Notes under the pieces: generated by a model
Seen by the model: the letters and a program-made list of their open reading frames with translations, nothing else
Databases searched by the model: none
What the model was told of the DNA's origin: nothing
From: Macrostomum lignano
Lineage: Eukaryota
Direction of reading: 5' to 3'
Length of the DNA: 64,000 nucleotides
Assembly (NCBI GenBank): GCA_002269645.1
Contig: NIVC01000029.1
Span: 496,001-560,000, forward strand
Position numbers and translations under genes: made by a program
Shown here: piece after piece, positions 35,201 to 48,580 of the stretch
How the letters are laid out: every line of letters begins with the position of its first letter
Numbering within the stretch: the first letter of the stretch is position 1

Positions 35201-38200
35201 ATCCAGCGTATTCTCAACTACATCCGGGTGACTATCGAGCAGAAACTGCAGAAAAGCATTGTTCCGATTCAATGCCAACAATCTGCCCCTAGCAGAGAAC
35301 AGATTGACAGCCGCTGAACGCATCTTACTAAAGTCTAAACTGGCCTCTTTAATGATGCCGCCGGCGTCCAATTGAAACGGAGCAACTTGTTCGCGCAGAA
35401 TCAGTAGATGCTTCATCAAAAATAGGTCGCAATCTACAGAAGTTTTACGACCAGCGATTGACTTTGAAGCGGATAGCAGGGACTGGACGCAGAGGTCCAA
35501 CACTTCCTGGGCAAGGCCTTGAAATGTGCCTCTGTCTAGGCACCTGCTTAGCTTAGATAGCAGCGTCAGAGTGCGGCGCACTGTGGGATACCACATGCCG
35601 TGCAGGTCAGCTGGGGACAGCGGCATGTTGGTCGACACCGATGAAGGTGGGTGAGGAGCCGCCAGGCCAGCGTCCGCCAGGGCGCCTCCGGCTGACACCT
35701 GCGAGTGAGACGGAGTACCCACTTTTGTGACAGGCTGCTCAGTAACTGAGGATTTGGGAGGCTGGCTTAGCAACTGAGGATTTGGGAGGCTGGCCCAGCA
35801 ACTGACACTCTGGGAGGCTGGCCCAGCAACTGACACTCTGGAAGGCTGGCCCAGCAACTGACACTCTGGGAAGCTGGCCCAGCAACTGACACTCTGGGAA
35901 GCTGGCCCAGCAACTGAGGATTTGGGAGGCTGGCCCAGCAACTGACACTCTGGGAGGCTGGCCCAGCAACTGAGGATTTGGGAGGCTGGCCCAGCAACTG
36001 ACACTCTGGGAGGCTGGCTCAGCAACTGACACTCTGGGAGGCTGGCCCAGCAACTGAGGATTTGGGAGGCTGGCCCAGCAACTGACACTCTGGGAGGCTG
36101 GCCCAGCAACTAAGGATCTGGGAGGGCGGCAGCTGAGGCAAACGGAAGTATTCCAACAAAAAAACCTGCCCAAACGAGGAAATTCTATTCTTGCAGGAGT
36201 GTCCGAACACGAAGGAAAGCTGCTTGACGTCAAAGCCATATAATTATCAGCCAATTAGTCGAAAAATAACAATTTTTGGGAAAAGATGGGAGCCGGAAAA
36301 ACAGATGCTGCACAATTAAAAAACAAAGGGAGCTTAATATAATAGAAGAGGCGAGAAGGAACATCTAATTAGTGCCTATTAGTGTCTAATGAGAGTTTTT
36401 CTGCTGAAAATGTTTCTTAAAAGGACGCGCACTGCACACAATCATAGGATAGACATGGCTAATTACTTATTGTAAAATTATTGCAAGCAGTAGAGAGTAT
36501 TGTTTTAACAGTAACCCACAGATACTATATAGTATCTGTGCAGGAACCTCATAAAAATCAAAAGATCCACTTTAGAGTGAACTATTCAATCTCTATAAGT
36601 TCATAGAAAAGTACATTCAATCGGTTCAAAAGCTACACAAAAGTACATTCAATCGGTTCAAAAGCTACACAAAAGTACATTCAATCGGTTCAAAAGCTAC
36701 ACAAAAGTACATTCAATCGGTTCAAAAGCTACACAAAAGTACATTCAATCGGTTCAAAAGCTACACAAAAGTACATTCAATCGGTTCAAAAGCTACACAA
36801 AAGTACATTCAATCGGTTCAAAAGCTACACAAAAGTACATTCAATCGGTTCAAAAGCTACACAAAAGTACATTCAATCGGTTCAAAAGCTACACAAAAGT
36901 ACATTCAGTCAATCACAACCCTATGCAAAAGTGCATAGAATCTATTAAATTAATAACTTAAAAGTAGATGAACCCTATCATACTTGAAACCCATGCAAAA
37001 TTAATTGCAGACGGTCAGTATCTCACTCAAAAGTACGTAATCGATTAAACGTACTACAGACAGCTATCAACCCTCCCTAAGCAATCATAATATTTGTCAC
37101 AAACCTACTCTTAAAATACTACTTGAAGATCATTGGTACATAAAAGCTCACCACTCCAATCTTGTATCATCCCTAAAAAATACTCACCTGTCCAGTATTA
37201 AGACTATCAGCGATATTTCTCATCATCTCAAGCTTCTCCGGATAAGCCAAGTCCCCCGGAGCCGGCCGGAAGCCCAGAATCTCGGAATTAGCATAGACGT
37301 GAGTCCGATAGACCAGGCGCTCTTGAACGTCCGCTAAGATGGATCGACAGGCCCAGACAAAAGCAGCACCGGCCTCGGGTTCCGGCGCTGGCGGTATAGT
37401 GTCCGTAGCATCCAGTGAGGCGGTCGATTCTTGGTCTGAAAACAGTCCAAATTAATAATACAGATTAGTGAGATTGAATGCTGCCTATACAAGAATGCAG
37501 GAATTCCCTAGATGGGATTCTCCATAAGAACAGGGCACTAACAACCTTTAATTCCCACATAGAAACTCCAAATGGTTATGGATTTCCATGCTCAAATCCG
37601 CCATAAAAAAGGATTCACCATAGAATACCAAAAAATGGAGATATTCCAAAGAAACAGGATTCTCCATTGAAGCCGGTGTTTCAAATAGACACTGGCATCC
37701 CAAATAAAAACGGGGATTTTTCATAGACACTGGGCATCATTATAGAAACTGAGATTTCCCATAGAAACTAGGATTCCTCATAAAAAATGGGGATTCCCTA
37801 TAGACACTGGGATTCTTAATAGAAACTGGGATTTCCCATAGACACTGGGGTTTCCCATAAAAAGGGATCTCTCAAAGACTCCAGGATTCCAAATAGAAAA
37901 GGGATTTCCCAAAGACACACTAGGATTCTCTTTAGAAACGGGGATTCCCCATAGAAACAGGGATTCTCCATAGAAACAGTGATTCCCCATATAAACAGGG
38001 ATTCTCCATAGGAACAGAGATTCCCCATAGAAACAGGGATTCTCCATAAAAACAGGGATTCTCTATAGAAAAAGGGATTCCCCTTAGAAACAGGAATTCT
38101 CCATAGAAATAGGGATTCTCCATAGTAACAAGGATTCTCCATAGAAACAGGGATTCTCCATAGGAACAGGGATTTTCCATAGAGACTGGGATTCTCCATA

Positions 38201-41200
38201 GTAACAAGGATTCTCCATAGAAACAGGGATTCTCCATAGGAACAGGGATTTTCCATAGAGACTGGGATTCACCATAGAAACAGGGATTCTCCATAGGAAC
38301 AGGGATTCCCCAAAGAGACTGGGATTTCCCATAGAGACTGGGATTCACCATAGAAACAGGGATTCCGCATAGCATCAATCAGTTCGCAAAGCATAACGCA
38401 AGCTTCAATAACCTTGTCCGCCGTCCCGCTGCACTTGCTGCTGCTGTTGGGCGGCCAAGTCGATAGCCTCGCGCTGTAAAATATGGCACAATTCGCTCAA
38501 CGTCTCCAAATGCTGCAAATGCACAACCGTCGGTCGGAAAGCGTCATAAAATGTTGAGCAAAGCCGGCGAAGCATAGCAGTCAGCAGCGGATGCAGAGAG
38601 CGAAAGAATTGGCGAAACAGGCTCTCTTCGTCATCGCAAAGATGCAATAGAAACGAACAGCCAGTCCGAGCCAGGCTGCAATGATCTGTGGAACAGCGAG
38701 CGGTCATCTCGGTTACAGCGGCTTGTACACTCGGCCGGAGCAGGCGTTCCCGATGTTGCACGTAGGCGGCGGCGCATTCGTGCAAAGCGGATTGATAGTC
38801 CTGACTGCGAGACCGGCGGTCTTCTAATAGTTCCATTAGCGGTCGGACCTGTGATAAAAAATATGGCATTTAGAAATGTGCAATTTATGCTACTGAATAG
38901 TAAATTGTCAGTAGACTAGTAACGAATTTTCCTGTCCTTTCATATTTAAGGGTTATAATATATAGTGGAAGTAAATTAATTACTTTATGTAAATATTATA
39001 AAACGGAAATCGAGAAATTTGAGAGGATTAAAAATGGAATTAAATTCAATAAATTTATAGGAATTCGATGGGATTAGAAAATGGGATTAAATTCAATGGA
39101 TTTATAGGAATTCGAAGGGATTAGAAAATGGGATTAAATTCGATGGATTTATAGGAATTCGAAGGGATTAGAAAATGGGATTAAATTCGATGGATTTATA
39201 GGAACTTGAGCGGATTAGAAAATGGGATTAAATTCGATGGATTTAAAGGAACTTGAACGGATTAGAAAATGGGATTAAATTCGATGGATTTATAGGAATT
39301 GGAACGGATTAGAAAATGGGATTAAATTCGATGGATTTATAGGAACTTGAACGGATTAGAAAATGGGATTAAATTCAATGGATTTATAGGAATTTGAACG
39401 GATTACGGATTAGAAAATGGGATTAAATTCGATGGATTTATAGGAATTGGAACGGATTAGAAAATGGGATTAAATTCGATGGATTTATAGGAATTTGAGC
39501 GGATTTAAAATGGGATTAAATTCGATGGATTTATAGGAATTTGAGCGAATTAGAAAATGGGATTAAATTCAATGGATTGATAGGAATTTGAGCGAATTAG
39601 AAAATGGGATTAAATTCAATGGATTTATAGGAATTTGAGCGAATTAGAAAATGGGATTAAATTCAATGGATTTATAGGAATTTGAACGGATTAGGGATTA
39701 GAAAATGGGATTAAATTCAATGGATTTATAGGAATTTGAGCGAATTAGAAAATGGGATTAAATTCAATGGATTTATAGGAATTTGAACGGATTAGAAAAT
39801 GGGATTAAATTCAATGGATTTATAGGAATTTGAACGGATTAGAAAATGGGATTAAATTCAATGGATTTATAGGAATTTGAACGGATTAGAAAATGGGATT
39901 AAATTCAATGGATTTATAGGAATTTGAACGGATTAGGGATTAGAAAATGGGATTAAATTCGATGGATTTATAGGAATTTGAACGGATTTAAAATGGAATT
40001 TAATTCTATGGGATCTTGAGGAATTTGGGCAGATTAAAATCGGGATAGGTATGAACTATTATATGGACAAATATTCACCTTGGCACTGTGACTTCTAAAC
40101 CGTCCATAGAACAGAGTGAACGCATTCTCTGGCGAGAGTTGATCAATTTGCGACTCCAAGCTGAACACTGCATTTTCCAGTACTGAGAACACCGAATCGT
40201 GAATGAGAGTTAGGCATCGGGCCAACACCTGTTTAAACTTCACGTGATAAGCGTGGGCCTCTTTGAATTCTGGATGGCGATTGACGAATTCTAAGCAGTC
40301 ATCGATTTGGCTCAGCACGGGTTGTAGTGATTCGGCGGTAACTTGCAGATAAGGGGAGTTCAGTTTCTGCAAACAGTTATTGGGATAATGTATCTGGCAT
40401 CCGCAAGTAACTGTAAGTAAGTAACTAGCAAGCAAGTAATCTAGCAAGTAACTGAGGTTCACTGTTTCTAATAGTATATATAATAACTATTACAAGATTC
40501 AGGTCCCAATTATTACGAACTTGATCCCAAATATTGATAATCAGATCCCAAATACTAAGAACCAGACCGCAATTATTAATATTCAGATCCGAATTATAAA
40601 TATTGACCCCAATTATTAATATAGGGATTCCTAATTATTAATATTCAGATCCAAATTATTAATATTCAGATCTCAATTATTAGTAGTTAGTTTCCTAATT
40701 ATTAATGTTTAAATTCCCAATTATTAATATTCAGATCTCAATTATTTTATATATTTTAAATCTCAATATTTAGATTCCTCATTTTTAATATTCAGATCCA
40801 AATTATTAATATATTCAGATTGCCAATTATTAATATTCAGATTGCCAATTATTAATATTCAGATTGCCAATTATTAATATTCAGATTCCCAATTATTAAT
40901 ATTTAGATTCCCAATTATTAATATTCAGATCTCAATTATTTATATATTTTAGATCTCAATATTTAGATTCCCAATATTTAATATTCAGATTCCCAACTAA
41001 TAATATTTAGATCCAAATTATTAATATTCAGACCCCAATTATTAATATTCAGATCCCAATTATTAATATTCAGATCTCAATTATTAATATTTAGATTCCT
41101 AATTATTAATATTACAATTCCCAATTATTAATATTCAGATCCCAATTACTAAAAATCAAATCACAATTATTAACATTCAGGCCCAAATGATTAATATTCA

Positions 41201-44200
41201 GATCCCAATTACTAAGAAGCAAATCACAGTTATTAATATTCAGATCCCAATTACTAAGAATCAAATCACAATTACAAAAATTCAGATTAAAAAACTTCAA
41301 AGCTTCCGCATTAGCCGGCTAATAAATATTTAGTAAATAATACTATAGACTCACTGCAGAGATCCTGTCGTAATGATTGAAATAGTCCAGACAGGTGTCA
41401 ATCTGCTGTGCCCTTTGCAAAAGCCGATCCTGCTCAGCTAGCAGGTGCTCACAATCGTGATGCAAAGCATTAGTTTTTCCCGCCACTTCGCTGTACTGAG
41501 CTCGAAGTCTGTCCAAACTGTTCAAGGTGTCCGACACGCCTTGGAGAAGTTCCTGCCATTTTGAGCGCTCCTTTTGAAGGCCGGCTTGAACGCTCCTGCA
41601 GTGATTTAGGATTTAAGATTTTTTGTATCATAGCGTGCATTGACACATTAACTTTTATGCCATCCTAAAGTTGATGGAATACCTTTCATTATACAATTAT
41701 TTATATTTAAAAAAGAAATGAATGACAAAATTGAACCCATAATGAATGAATGATAAAATATATCCCTAATGTTTACAATAAATTACTTTGACATTTGACT
41801 TTTGGGGGAAAGTGCTGAGATGTCAAGACTAAGAGGTCAGAATCTACATGTAGTTTATTCCAAAAAATTTATTACATTCCTTGTTGCCTTCCCAACAGGG
41901 GATGCTGACTGCTAGAATTACCTTTACCTTACTTCATTGATTTAATTTTTATAGGAAAAGTAAGCCACAATCAATAAATAAATGAGCAAATTCATAAAAT
42001 TTAATGCATACCTAACCAGCATGTCACTTGGATCATCAGACTCATCCTCATACTCCTTATACCACTCGAGAAACTGAAATTGATTTGTTAAACCAATTAT
42101 TATGAGTTCAAGTTTGCTAATAATATAGTTTTGTTATTGTTGAATTTACTTACCTCAGTTATGTTTGTTAACTCTGTGATATTATTTGATACATTCTAAA
42201 ATGATAGATAAAAATCTTTATTTGTGTTTTATCATCATTGTTGATGTTAAATATGTTAAAAACAACAGAGTCCTAGGATGTTCACTTTATTGAAACCAGC
42301 AAAAAAACATTAGTAACATTATATAAAACTACATAGTATACTTAATAATACATATAACTTTAGCAGTTTAGCTTAATACTTAGTATAAACCTTTCATATA
42401 CTAAAAATGGTCTATTGGTAGGTAGGTATGTGGGTATGTGATTGTTTGCATCTATAATTTGATAGTCTACAACAGAGGTCAACAACCCTTTTCCACTTGA
42501 GGTTTTTAGTCCAAGACCATAGGCCATAGTGGGACACCCGGGTAGAAGGGGGGTAGGGGCAGTTGCCCTCCTCTTAGGTGAAGACCTGCAGAAAATCATA
42601 GGGGACCAAGCACATTTTACCTTAATACAGAGCCATCCCCCTTGGGGTCTTTACCCTCCAGAATCCACCCCTCTATAAATTTCTGGTTGTGCTAATGACA
42701 GGCCAGAATATTCAATACTGAAGAACCAGAATTAAAAAAACAAATTTATTACAATTTGATGCATTCTTACAAAGTCCAATTCCACTACACAGTCAGCCCT
42801 ATAAATGTACCTTTGTTATTGTACCCCTGTTGCTGTTGTTGGCCAGCTCCGCCACCCCACTTTCCTTTGCTGCCAGATTCCCCAATTTCTATTCTATTTG
42901 AAAAACTGATATGCTGTCTACCTAGACTTGTAAACAGCCACTGTTTACAATTGAGGAAAGGAATTCCCATTTTCAATGGATTAAAAATTTTGTTTAAATT
43001 AGCTAAAATTGTATCAAAATTTCTACAAAAATTGTATAACTTTGATTAACTAATACTACTCATTACTTTTTGCCTTTGACTTGAAATTTGACCAAAGGAA
43101 CAATAAAGATCTCTTCTATTGAATGAAATAATAAACCTAAAATGGAAAGTTCTAAATTTTAAGTTTAATTGTTGAAAAATGGGGATGGGAAAACAAATAT
43201 ATTATGACTAGGATAGTAGAAAAACAAAACAATAGTAATCCATAGATTTAAAAATGGTGATTTGCCATGACTTGATATACTTAAAAACAAAACAAAAAAA
43301 TTTTGGCTACCCAATGGGGGTGCTAATTGCTAGTACTTTTCTATAGTTACAAATGACCAAGAGCAAGATCATGATTAATAAGGCATATAGTTTTTCATAA
43401 AGCAATAAAAATGTCATTTTTAAACAGAAACTTTGCTTTGATAACTTTATTTTCTATGTTATTTTCTGGTTTAAGCTGTCTATCTTTAAATATCAGTAAT
43501 AGTTTTTAATTATGACTATCCTAAACTGAAACTACCCAAAGCATAATGAATAAAACTTTTTAATTGAAAACAAAATAGAGATAAAGGTAAAAGCTTATTA
43601 ATTATAAGTCAATATTAATGAATTTAATTATTTGTTAACATTTGTACCCATCTACTAGCATTAAACTATATTATTTTGGATTCAAACATAGATTCTATGA
43701 AATTTGTTACCTTATAAAATGATTTCTAAGTAAATATCAAGAATTTGATTAGACTTAGTACATTAGTTAATTGTTCAGTAAAGTTAAATAAAATAATATG
43801 TACTATATATACTACTGATAAATAAAATATTGAAATAAAAAAGAAACAAAGTAAATCTTAAAGCATATGATCTATATATAGAATACCAAAGGCTACAACC
43901 CTTTAGGGTCTAATCTCAAGAATACCTAGGACTAGAAAAGATATATATGCAATCTAAATATACTAAATTTATATACTAATAATAATATTGCTTAGGCTTA
44001 TAAATAATGGTACTAGTATAGAATAAGAATGCTACTAATAATGTTGATAAGAATTATAGAATTCTTATAAGAATAGTAAGAATGTTGCTAATAAGAAATA
44101 TATTTAAACAAACAACTGAGACCAATACTTAGACTTAATAATAACAAAAATAAATACTTAGATCTATTTTAAGACTTATGCTTAGATATTAAAGTTGTAG

Positions 44201-44797
44201 TCTGCTATAACTTTTATAGGGCCTAATAATGCAATTTGGACAAAAAGAGCCTTGCAAAAACTTCGATGGCATTAGTGAAATTAATAATATTCTAGTTATA
44301 ACTTGGTAATAGCAACTGAAAATATTGTCATATATCATATTAAAACTTTGCAAATGTCCTATGAAAAAAATTATCTATTAGGGGACTGACCATTTTTTAC
44401 AAAATTAATTTCAAAGCAAAACAAAAATTAATGATTGCTTACAAAGCAATTGAATTTTATAATATAAGCTTTATTGCTGCTAGCAATAAAGATTGAATAA
44501 AATATTAGGACTAAATTAAAATCCTTATACAATCCTAAAAATGAATCCTATTGAACCTCTACTTGATAATATAATTATAGAATTATCTGTTTTCTTTCGA
44601 TATATCATATATAATAAAATTAGTATTAAATTATCATCTGCCATAGCCCATACCTCTTGATCTTTTGCTTTTCTTTCACTTGATGAAGGTACAAAAACAT
44701 CTTTCTCTGAATCTTCAATGCTACTAGTAAGATAAAAAACTGAGTCTACAGCAGCATCAGACAACTCAATTGAATCCCAATCAAAGGAAGCCTGCAT
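32298..44797 (-). CDS. COG3: Conserved oligomeric Golgi complex subunit 3; 11 exons: 44797-44654, 42195-42154, 42073-42012, 41595-41355, 40366-40079, 38848-38413, 37435-37188, 35734-35189, 34660-34352, 33418-33320, 32330-32298 (2448 nt, 815 aa)
   Basis: Motifs KTNALHHDCEHLLAEQ, KLNSP, NAFTLFY, DVQERLVYRTH..GDLAYPEKL, DLHGMWYPTVRRTL, LFLMKHLLILREQ and LQIIACP. All junctions are GT-AG with compatible phases. Exons 1-2 are less certain because they are weakly conserved. Confidence 0.93.
32380..33235 (-). repeat. 28-bp GTTGCTGGGCCAGCC family minisatellite in COG3 intron 10
   Basis: Reverse complement of the 2950-3700 family. Confidence 0.95.
33770..34305. repeat. 21-bp minisatellite (AAAATTGGTCAAACCAATCTT)n in COG3 intron 9
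   Basis: Read directly. Confidence 0.95.
34755..35120. repeat. 20-bp minisatellite (AGACCTATATAGTCAATCTC)n in COG3 intron 8
   Basis: Read directly. Confidence 0.93.
35740..36125 (-). repeat. 28-bp GTTGCTGGGCCAGCC family minisatellite abutting the COG3 exon 8 acceptor
   Basis: Read directly. Confidence 0.93.
36608..36905. repeat. Perfect 32-bp tandem repeat (AAAAGTACATTCAATCGGTTCAAAAGCTACAC) x ~9
   Basis: Period of 32 (36611 to 36643); no spacers. Confidence 0.95.
37730..38370. repeat. 19-20-bp minisatellite (GGATTCTCCATAGAAACAG)n in COG3 intron 6
   Basis: Read directly. Confidence 0.9.
39060..39995. repeat. 47-bp minisatellite (GATTAGAAAATGGGATTAAATTCAATGGATTTATAGGAATTTGAACG)n in COG3 intron 5
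   Basis: Period of 47 (39121 to 39168). Confidence 0.93.
40500..41290. repeat. AT-rich 21-22-bp minisatellite (TTATTAATATTCAGATCCCAA)n in COG3 intron 4
   Basis: Read directly. Confidence 0.9.
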
Positions 44798-45944
44798 TTT
44801 GAATACCTAAAGCTGAAACTCTCTTTCGAAAATAACTACGAAGGCTCAACTTTAAATATCTATCTAGTAACAGTTAATACAATCTGGAAATATTTCCGAA
44901 AGGCGAAATCCTTAGTAAAGTAAAGACTATGCCTAACCAAAGCTAACAGAAACAATATTTAAAATTCATTTACGGTGTCTTGGGCTTTGCAATTCAATCC
45001 AAGTCAACTTTTTTTTCAATGGCTACTAGAAGAAAAAGGAAATAATTACAGTAAGGTCCACTGCCAACGTTGACGGCGTCTGGTTATTAAGAATGTGCTG
45101 AGTACTTACTTGCTTGCAATATGCGAATATTGCAGTGCGTTGTACGTGATTTAAAATTCATCGGTAATAATAATAGTTGTATATGCAAAGAATAACTCAT
45201 CTTAACCTGGAAATGCATTAGAAATCATTCGAAAAAAAACTTTTTAGTCCTATAATTATGTTTTTAGAAAATGCGTTCTATTCAAGTTTTAATACAAAAG
45301 TAATGTTATTTATTTAAACACAAAGGAATATTTTTCCGGCGTAAATTTAACATTTAATACACGTGCTAGTGGCATCGTCATCATGTCGAAATGTCGCTTC
45401 AGCCCATAAACCTGTTACTTTACTTATAAAAATATAGACGGTCCATCCTAGGATCATAAATAATTAATGAAAAGACTGTAATACCACATCTGCAGTACGT
45501 ACGTGCATAATTTCACGTAAAGCTAAAAAATATGCAATGTATGAATCTAAACAAATACATGTACATGTTAGTTCTATAATGTACGCTGAAACATGCCCAT
45601 CTAATGTAAATATAAACAAGAGTCATCTGCAGTTCTCATCAAAAGCGAAAGTTCTGCGCTTACTTCTCATATATGAGCTATTGGGCTAGCATGCATGCCA
45701 TTCAATCAGTACAGTGTGTATGTCGTAATTCTGTGTTTTTTCAGCAATATTCTGCGCCCCATTAAGAGACAACAGAAAAGGGCGCCAACCGAAAGACAAG
45801 AGGCCTGCAAGAAATCGAATTATATTTGGCGTGCCTTAAGGGGTTGCGTCCCCTCCGATTAAAACTCCGGACGCCCAGAGTCATGTGGAAACAGCTGTGA
45901 AAACAACTTTTTATATTATAATTAATCCCTGGAAAACAACCCCT

Positions 45945-48150
45945 GGAGTTGTAGGACAGGATCACCAGCGGCAGCTGCTCCTCCCAGCTAGACTCGGTCT
46001 CGACGAACAGCCTCAGCAGCTGCAGCAGCGACTTGTTACCCTTGTTAGGTCTGGTCACTCGATCCGGCATAAACTCACTGCGTCGCTCCGATCTGCAGCC
46101 CAGGCCAGTACGCTGTGTGCTTCAGCGTGTCGGCCATTTTCTCCGGTCCATCCGATGGCCATCCGCGATGCCCTCGTGAAAGTCGGTCAGGAACTGGCGC
46201 CGTAGCGACTCCGAACTCACGGGAACCTCCCTCGGTCGCGCAGCGTCGTTGAAGGCCCGGCAGAGAAGGCCGTCTTGAATTTGCAACTTCTGCCAGATGC
46301 GGCTGAGGTGTCGCAGTCTGCTGTCGGACCATCTTGGCGGAGTCGTGCTGTCGTTTTCCAGTGCATCGATGACCAGCTTGAGCTTCCGATCAGCCCGCTG
46401 CGCCTATCACATCTACCGTTGGACACCCGCGGCTCTGTTGCCGACGCTCCGAGAGTCTCGCCATGGCCCTCGTACATCCTCGACAAGCCGTCCGCCTCCG
46501 ACGCCTTTGTGTACTTGACGGTGAAGGTGAACTCATGCAAGCAGTAACCGCCAGCGCCCGAACCGACCGTGACTGTCGACTCGTTGGGAATTAGGAATTG
46601 AGCGGCCAGTGGTCGGTGAAGACCGTGAAGTGCTGACCGAGCAGGTAGTGGCGGTAGATCTTCAACGCGTGCAGGATCCTTCTCAACGGTTGAGTAACCC
46701 TTCTCCGGAGCCGTGAGCGCTCTGCTGCAGTACTCTATCACCTGGTCACCTTGCTTGAGCACGAATCCCGACTCCGGTGTTGCTGGCGTCCGTGTAGAAC
46801 TAGAACTCCCTGAAGAAATTTGGGTGGCCGATGATCGGCGGCTGCTGCAGGGCCTCTTTGAGCCGTCGAAATGTCGTGCTCCATTCGCAGGTCCACTCGA
46901 ACTTCTCCGTCTTGCTGGTCAGTCTGTGCAGCGGCCCCGGCGATGTCGGAGAAGTTGGACACGTACTTCCTGTACTGGTTGCAGAGGCCCAAGAACTGCC
47001 ACACCCATGTTAGGGGCTGCGGCTCCGGCCACTCCTGAATGGCGCGCACCTTCTCGGGACTGGCAGCCTTGGCCGAGAACACGGTGCCGAGGAACGTGAC
47101 CTCCGGCAGGCCCAGCTGGCACTTGCTGCCGCTGACTGTGAGCCCGGCGCCTCTACAACAACAACAAAATACGCTGTCAGGATGGCAAAAGTCAGCGTCA
47201 CAGGGCGCGCTTCATGGCTTGGGCGCGAACAAAGACCGCGCCACCGGCAGTGTCCGGGGCGCCGGCGTCAGCCAGCAGACAGTCGACGTAACCGCCGAGT
47301 TCGCGCTTGACCTCGCCGGTAGGGTGCCTGCAGCGTGAGCAGCAGCACCTCCTGCACCGGCTGTGGGCAGTACGACTCGGCGCGGATGAGATGGCCTGCG
47401 AGCCGATGTTGAAGGCGGCGCGCAGCAGGCCAGCGTGCGCCGCATCGACTTGCTGTTCGAGTGAGTCCGTCAGCGTCCAGGTCTCGGCGTTGTACAGCAG
47501 GACGGTCTCGATTACCGCCTGGAACAGCGCCGCCCTCTGGCGGTCCGGTAAGGCCTCGGACTGCAGGACTGCCCTCACAGAACGAAAGGCAGCTCAGGCA
47601 AGCCCGCGGCGGCGTCGCAGGTCCTCGCGAGCGTCTGGAACCAGACCGCAGAGGTAGACGAACTGCTGACATCGCGGGAGTTCGGTCGCCTGCCCGTCAG
47701 CGCCTCGGCAGAATATTGCAGCCTCGATGTCGTCCGGCACGCAGAGCACAACGGTCTTCTGCGTGTTGACCACCAGGCCGACGCTCGCCGCAACGGCAAC
47801 TAGCCTGTCCAGCTGCCGTTGGGCGCCCTCGACGGTCGAGGACAGCAGGGCGAGGTCGTCGGCGTAGCCAAGCACGCTGAGCCGCTTTTCCGGTTGACGT
47901 CGACCCACGCGTCGCCGCTGCAGAAAGCCGTCGTCGTCGGTAGGAAGAGCAGTCCGCAGCACCCAGTCAAGCACCAGGACGAACAGGAACGGCGCCAGCG
48001 TATCTCCCTGAAGCACTCCGGCGTCTCTGATCTTCTCAAACACTTCTCACAGGTGCTGGAAATGCTCGGCCTTCAACTTGGAGAAGCACAGCGTGTCGTC
48101 CATGTAGGTGAAGTTTTGCTCACCGTCTTTGAACACGCGGCTCATCAGGA
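45945..48150 (-). mobile_element. Degenerate Ty3/Gypsy LTR-retrotransposon pol remnant (RT-RNase H-integrase), interrupted by a LINE; no LTR identified
   Basis: RT: LMSRVF..YMDD..H..HL*EVFEKIRDAG/LTVSGSKCQLG.PEVTFLG. Linker: KVRAIQEWPEP..QFLGLCNQYRKYV. RNase H: VIEYCSRAL..EKGYSTVEK, EADGLSR. Integrase: YWPG, LLQLLR..WEEQLP.V.LSYN. Many frameshifts. Confidence 0.9.
47155..48017 (-). mobile_element. 5'-truncated non-LTR retrotransposon (RTE-like LINE), 863 bp, with (TTG)n tail and 11-bp TSD
   Basis: GVLQGDTLAPFLF, YADD, GL.VN..KT and LLYNAETWTL. One in-frame TGA and an internal deletion. Flanked by CCGGCGCCTCT (47144-47154) and CCGGCGTCTCT (48018-48028). The clade assignment is inference. Confidence 0.92.
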
Positions 48151-48580
48151 CATATGTGCCTTACAGAGTTGCAAAGGATTTTTTCCTTGAACAATTAAGT
48201 TAGTGCTGCTTATATTTTTAAGCATTGATAAAACAAACCTAGTCGTAGGAGTAAGTATGCATGTAATAAATCATGCTTTTGCATAAATGATCAACAGAAA
48301 GTTTTAAAAATATTAACGAATTGCAAAAAGAAGTGGCAACGAAAATTCATTTTTGTATAGTCAAACGTATGGCTTGATTTTTTATCTCTACTGAAAAAAA
48401 TAAAAAATTCGATTGATAGTTAGCAAAGCTATCAATTAATAGCGCTGATATCCTTCGATGCTTGGAAAGAAAAAAACTAATAATCACACGTTTGGCCGAA
48501 TGCATATTTCAGTTTTTGTTGCAGTTCCCTCATATGTACACTTTTGACCTCCTCTGTTATTCCATCAATAAGTTTCTTCG

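Noticed and set aside
36608-36905. CRISPR-like 32-bp repeats (also considered for 20770-27080)
   Set aside because: Head-to-tail repeats with no spacers, no cas genes, eukaryotic context.
42520-42690. GC-richer MITE-like patch in COG3 intron 1
   Set aside because: No clear TIR pair or TSD could be read.
42785-42976. Minus-strand ORF with GGGAGQQQQQ as an extra COG3 exon
   Set aside because: The COG3 model is in phase and of normal length without it; no family similarity.
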